Of a stretch of 64,000 bases of DNA, positions 60,601-64,000 are shown piece after piece. The notes beneath the pieces were generated by a model. The model saw only the letters and a list, made by a program, of their open reading frames with translations. It ran no database searches and was not told the DNA's origin. Each line of letters opens with the position of its first letter. The stretch's first letter is position 1. The translations under genes were made by a program, and so were the position numbers. The DNA is taken from contig JAYWIR010000060.1 of the NCBI GenBank assembly GCA_036172245.1, positions 186,001 to 250,000 on the forward strand. Reading direction: 5' to 3'. Source of the DNA: Raillietiella orientalis. Its lineage: Eukaryota.

Positions 60601-61712
60601 CGAGGATCCACGAATGCGAGGTATACACTTCCGAGCAGCCCGGTGGTACTGGCTCGAAGCCCATTGCATCATCTGTATACTTAATCGTCTGTACCTTGTC
60701 TTTGCACCGTTGATCTGCCCTTCCAGCTTTCCTTTCCCAAGGATGGAAACTCTTTCTAATTTGGAATGACATTCACGGAAATGTATTCCAACCCTTTGCA
60801 TTCCACTTGCACTCTGCTGCTGCTGCTGAGGGGACGTGCATTCTAATGCATTGTGGGTGCGTGAGAATGGGGGGGGGGGGGAGGGGACCAGAGTCATGCA
60901 TTCTTTGCATTGCAGACCAAAATGTGCAACGCGCTCGTCGTCATCGTTCGCAGCTTCCTGTTGCAGATCGCTGCTCTGCAAGCATTACGCAGTGCAAAGT
61001 TGCAGCCACGATTTCTTAAAGTTTGCCTCTTTTCGAAGGGGACTTCGACTTTGCCATAAGAGTCGCTCTCTAACTGCCATCGGTCAGTTGCAAAGCAATT
61101 CGCTGAAGATGGATATAAAGAGGAAAGGGATCATGAAATTTCCGAATTGAGTGAAAGTGAAGAAGAACTTCATTTTTCACCTAGTAGTTGACAATTTAGC
61201 TGATGCTGCATCGCGAAGATAGTGCGAGTTACGGTGGATCTGGAACTCGTTCTCTCGGTGATAGCGAAATTACTGTGAAACGGCGGCGGCGAAGAATCGG
61301 AGTCATCGAGAGTGAAAGTTCTTTCGGAGAAGGAGATGAAGGGGTCGACATAACGGATTGCGAAGGGACTCCATGAAGGATTAATATCACAGCACCGCCC
61401 ATGGTCGCTGGACCGCAGATCGCATCTAACATTGCAGAACCAATGGAACATTTCCAGTTTTTCTTCATACAGCAGCTTTGCAAAAAGAATCATCTCAGCG
61501 ACACACCCGACGAATGAGCATTGATGATCCCTTCTTAACAACCACTCCTCTCCGAATTTTCGATTGCGTGCTGCCGGGCTGCTGGCCGGTCGCGTCAACA
61601 GGCGCTTGGAGTGCAAAGGGTTAATGGTGAATTCACCACCTTTCTTACTGCATTTGGATCATACAGATGAGAGAGCGCGGTTGTATTCGAAGCACAACTC
61701 TTTCCTTCCCGG

Positions 61713-61743
<31 letters not shown>

Positions 61744-63480
61744 GTCATTTCCTCGTTACCGTCGATGCTTTTTTTCCGGTCAAGAAGGCACCTTCTCTGG
61801 GAGCCCTTTTGGACGCTTTGGGTTTCGGAGGGTCAGAAAACTGCTGCAGGGCCTCGTGATGGAGTGCAGGCAAAGCAGCCAAACCGTTTCTGCTTTGGAG
61901 AACGACACGCACCCCCGTTGCAGCCGCTGCGACGAACGTGTCCAAGTGTACACGAAGCCGACCAGAGGTGATTTCCTTCAGCCTTGCTCACTTAATTTGC
62001 ATACCTCTCGAATGACGCAATCTTTAAAAAGTCGGTATAAATGTGCTCTCGCATTGCTTTCCTTTTTTTTTTTTCTCTCTTTCTGACATTCCCCTCGAAT
62101 ATCCTTTCTCGGTCTCGAAACTTTCACAAAACGGACTTGGAAATTCCACGTGTGCTGCGAATAATCATATTGCTGTCATTTGCTATGACGGTACGGTTCG
62201 ATCTTGGGTGGTTTCATTTTGTTCAAGTCCTGTGAAGGATTCCAGATTTTTGCCTGTTTTGCTCCAAGCAGCACATTCTTCTTCTACTGACAAGATAAAA
62301 AAAAAATTTTTCTGCGGTTTCTTCTGAGAAATGCCCACGAGCAGCATTTATGAGCAAGCACTGCGCAAACAGGCGGCACTTTTTCTCAGCACGGGGGGGA
62401 ATCCCATCAACTCAATTCTAAACAGTGGAAGAAACAGCCTCTTGGAGTAAATAAGTGGCTTTGGAAAAAAAGTAAGAGGCTGAGCAAACAGCCATGTGGA
62501 TTTGTGGAGTGATACCTATGGAATACCATTACACGGAAAGCAAACAAACGGACGGCATGAAATAGGCAGGCATTCTGAATTCAGTTGGCCCACAGCGAAA
62601 AGAGCAACTTCATCGAATGGAGACCCACACGGTCATTCCCTGAAATCGCATCGTATGGTTGCTGCCCACGGGCTCGTAGTGGTCTCCTGCGCGATGATTT
62701 CATTTCGGGTCCCGACGTTCAGATTAAGCCTTGCTGGTTACAGAGCACGTGGTGTCTGAGGTTTGCCACTTTTGCGTCTGTGGAGAAGGGCGTCAACGTC
62801 AGACGAGCGGGGTCCCCTGTTGTAGGTGACGTTGGAAGATGTCGTGGGTGGCAGGCACTGCTGCTCGTGTCGTGATGCTCGTGTGTGACTCTGTTATCTT
62901 GAGCTCGTAACCGCCACGCTAGACATAGTCCAGGATTTTGTCACTACAACTTCCGCCTTGTTTAAAAAACAGTATGATGCACAAGTAAATGACCTCATTG
63001 AGCGATACATGAAAACGGTGAAGCGGTACAAAAAAGTAACGGCAGCTTGAATGGTGGTCAAGAATTTCCAAATCCTCAAACGTCAGAGCAAAGAAAGTGC
63101 TCAGACTATTGGTACGTTCACGAAATTGCACAGAAAAACGACGACCGAAACCACAAGTGTTCAAAGGCACTTGTAAGAAAGAGAAAAAGAAATTTAATAA
63201 GATTCAGTCTGCATGAAAATTCCATGGATTGCACTGCTTCTGCTAGCGTCAAAAATTGCAATCGATAATAAGCACACGCCATGTGATAGTAATAGGGCAG
63301 GTAACTGTGCTCTCTACGTTCGCCTTCAGGAACGACGCCAAGAGAGGAAGGCACGACCCTCTTCGCCGTCCAGCCCCCAAGGATCATCTCGAGATCATCT
63401 CATCCCACCTGGACACGGATAAGGAGGAGCTCGCCGGAAGGCTGCAAAGGATGCAGAGGACTCAACATCGCGGGATGCGA
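57700..63480 (+). CDS. Candidate multi-exon gene(s) of unknown product (exon chain not resolved)
   Basis: Protein-like segments: YETLMEERDDSEVFEEEQNYFTVELDVYPKLLQSMQ, FPEWKEEIRSREMFLLKLTIKEATRITLK, HLFEEAPDQQVEILATRCLRTVL and DIVQDFVTTTSALFKKQYDAQVNDLIERYMKT. They are interrupted by candidate 43-46 nt GT..AG introns (59139-59181, 60301-60343, 63018-63062, 63112-63157). Confidence 0.4.
61713..61740. repeat. (CT)n microsatellite
   Basis: Direct inspection. Confidence 0.9.
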
Positions 63481-64000
63481 TCCCTTTCTCCCATTTCCTC
63501 CCCCATTTTTTTTTTTACAAATTGTTCTTTTTTTTTTTTTTTACTTTTTTTTTTTTTTCTTATTCTCCCGTATCCCTCCGTGATCTTTTTGGACCTCGCC
63601 GGCACGCATCCCTTGGATTGTCGGACTTGGTGGGACGTAAATTCCCAGCTGCTCTTGTGTGTTTCTTGTTTTCTAGAGAAGAAACGTCCCGACGCACCCG
63701 GGTGAAAACTACGATGGGCAAAGTAGGAGAATCCTTAGACCTGAAGTAGAGTCTTGATCACACTAAAAAATTTCAAAAACACAAAGAAATCAAAATTGAA
63801 ACAAGACTAAGCTCTCTTTGCTGCCTTCTTTCTGAACGCACCTCTGGACTCAACCAGGCAGCACGCTTCTCCACACTTCTTTCTTTTGGTGGTGACAGCT
63901 CTTTATCAGGGAAAGGTACGAAATGCATTGCGTTATAAGAATCGTCTTCTGATGCAGTGAATTGGGGAGAGGAATATACGGCTAAAGTTAGGGAGGTTTT

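Noticed and set aside
63036..63062. Ultra-short 20-29 nt GT..AG introns, or TGA readthrough/selenocysteine, in the orphan blocks
   Set aside because: Alternative donors give 43-46 nt introns that remove the same stops and match the confirmed intron sizes; no SECIS was recognised.

Overview
This is eukaryotic, very probably arthropod, genomic DNA: it has spliceosomal GT-AG introns plus a takeout/JHBP gene and an AA15 LPMO gene. Almost all ORFs in the supplied track are spurious GC-rich frames. Four spliced genes can be rebuilt by hand: (1) a secreted AA15 lytic polysaccharide monooxygenase (567-8454, +, 6 exons, 350 aa); (2) WDR47 (11294-24118, +, 7 exons, 922 aa); (3) RPS24 (25747-24193, -, 5 exons, 134 aa), tail-to-tail with WDR47 with only 74 nt between the stops; (4) a takeout/JHBP-family gene (49279-42769, -, 5 exons, ~260 aa) whose exon 1 is one base out of phase across a 9-base homopolymer. 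The rest is decayed repeats and unidentified coding-like blocks. The repeats are a tRNA-headed SINE family, an AT-rich TIR (MULE-like) non-autonomous family with a possible autonomous relic, and L1/Tx1 LINE relics. The coding-like blocks look like unannotated, fast-evolving genes broken up by ~43-60 nt introns, one possibly nested antisense in WDR47 intron 1. I found no CRISPR array, rRNA or intact tRNA. All homology calls rest on motif recognition, not database searches.
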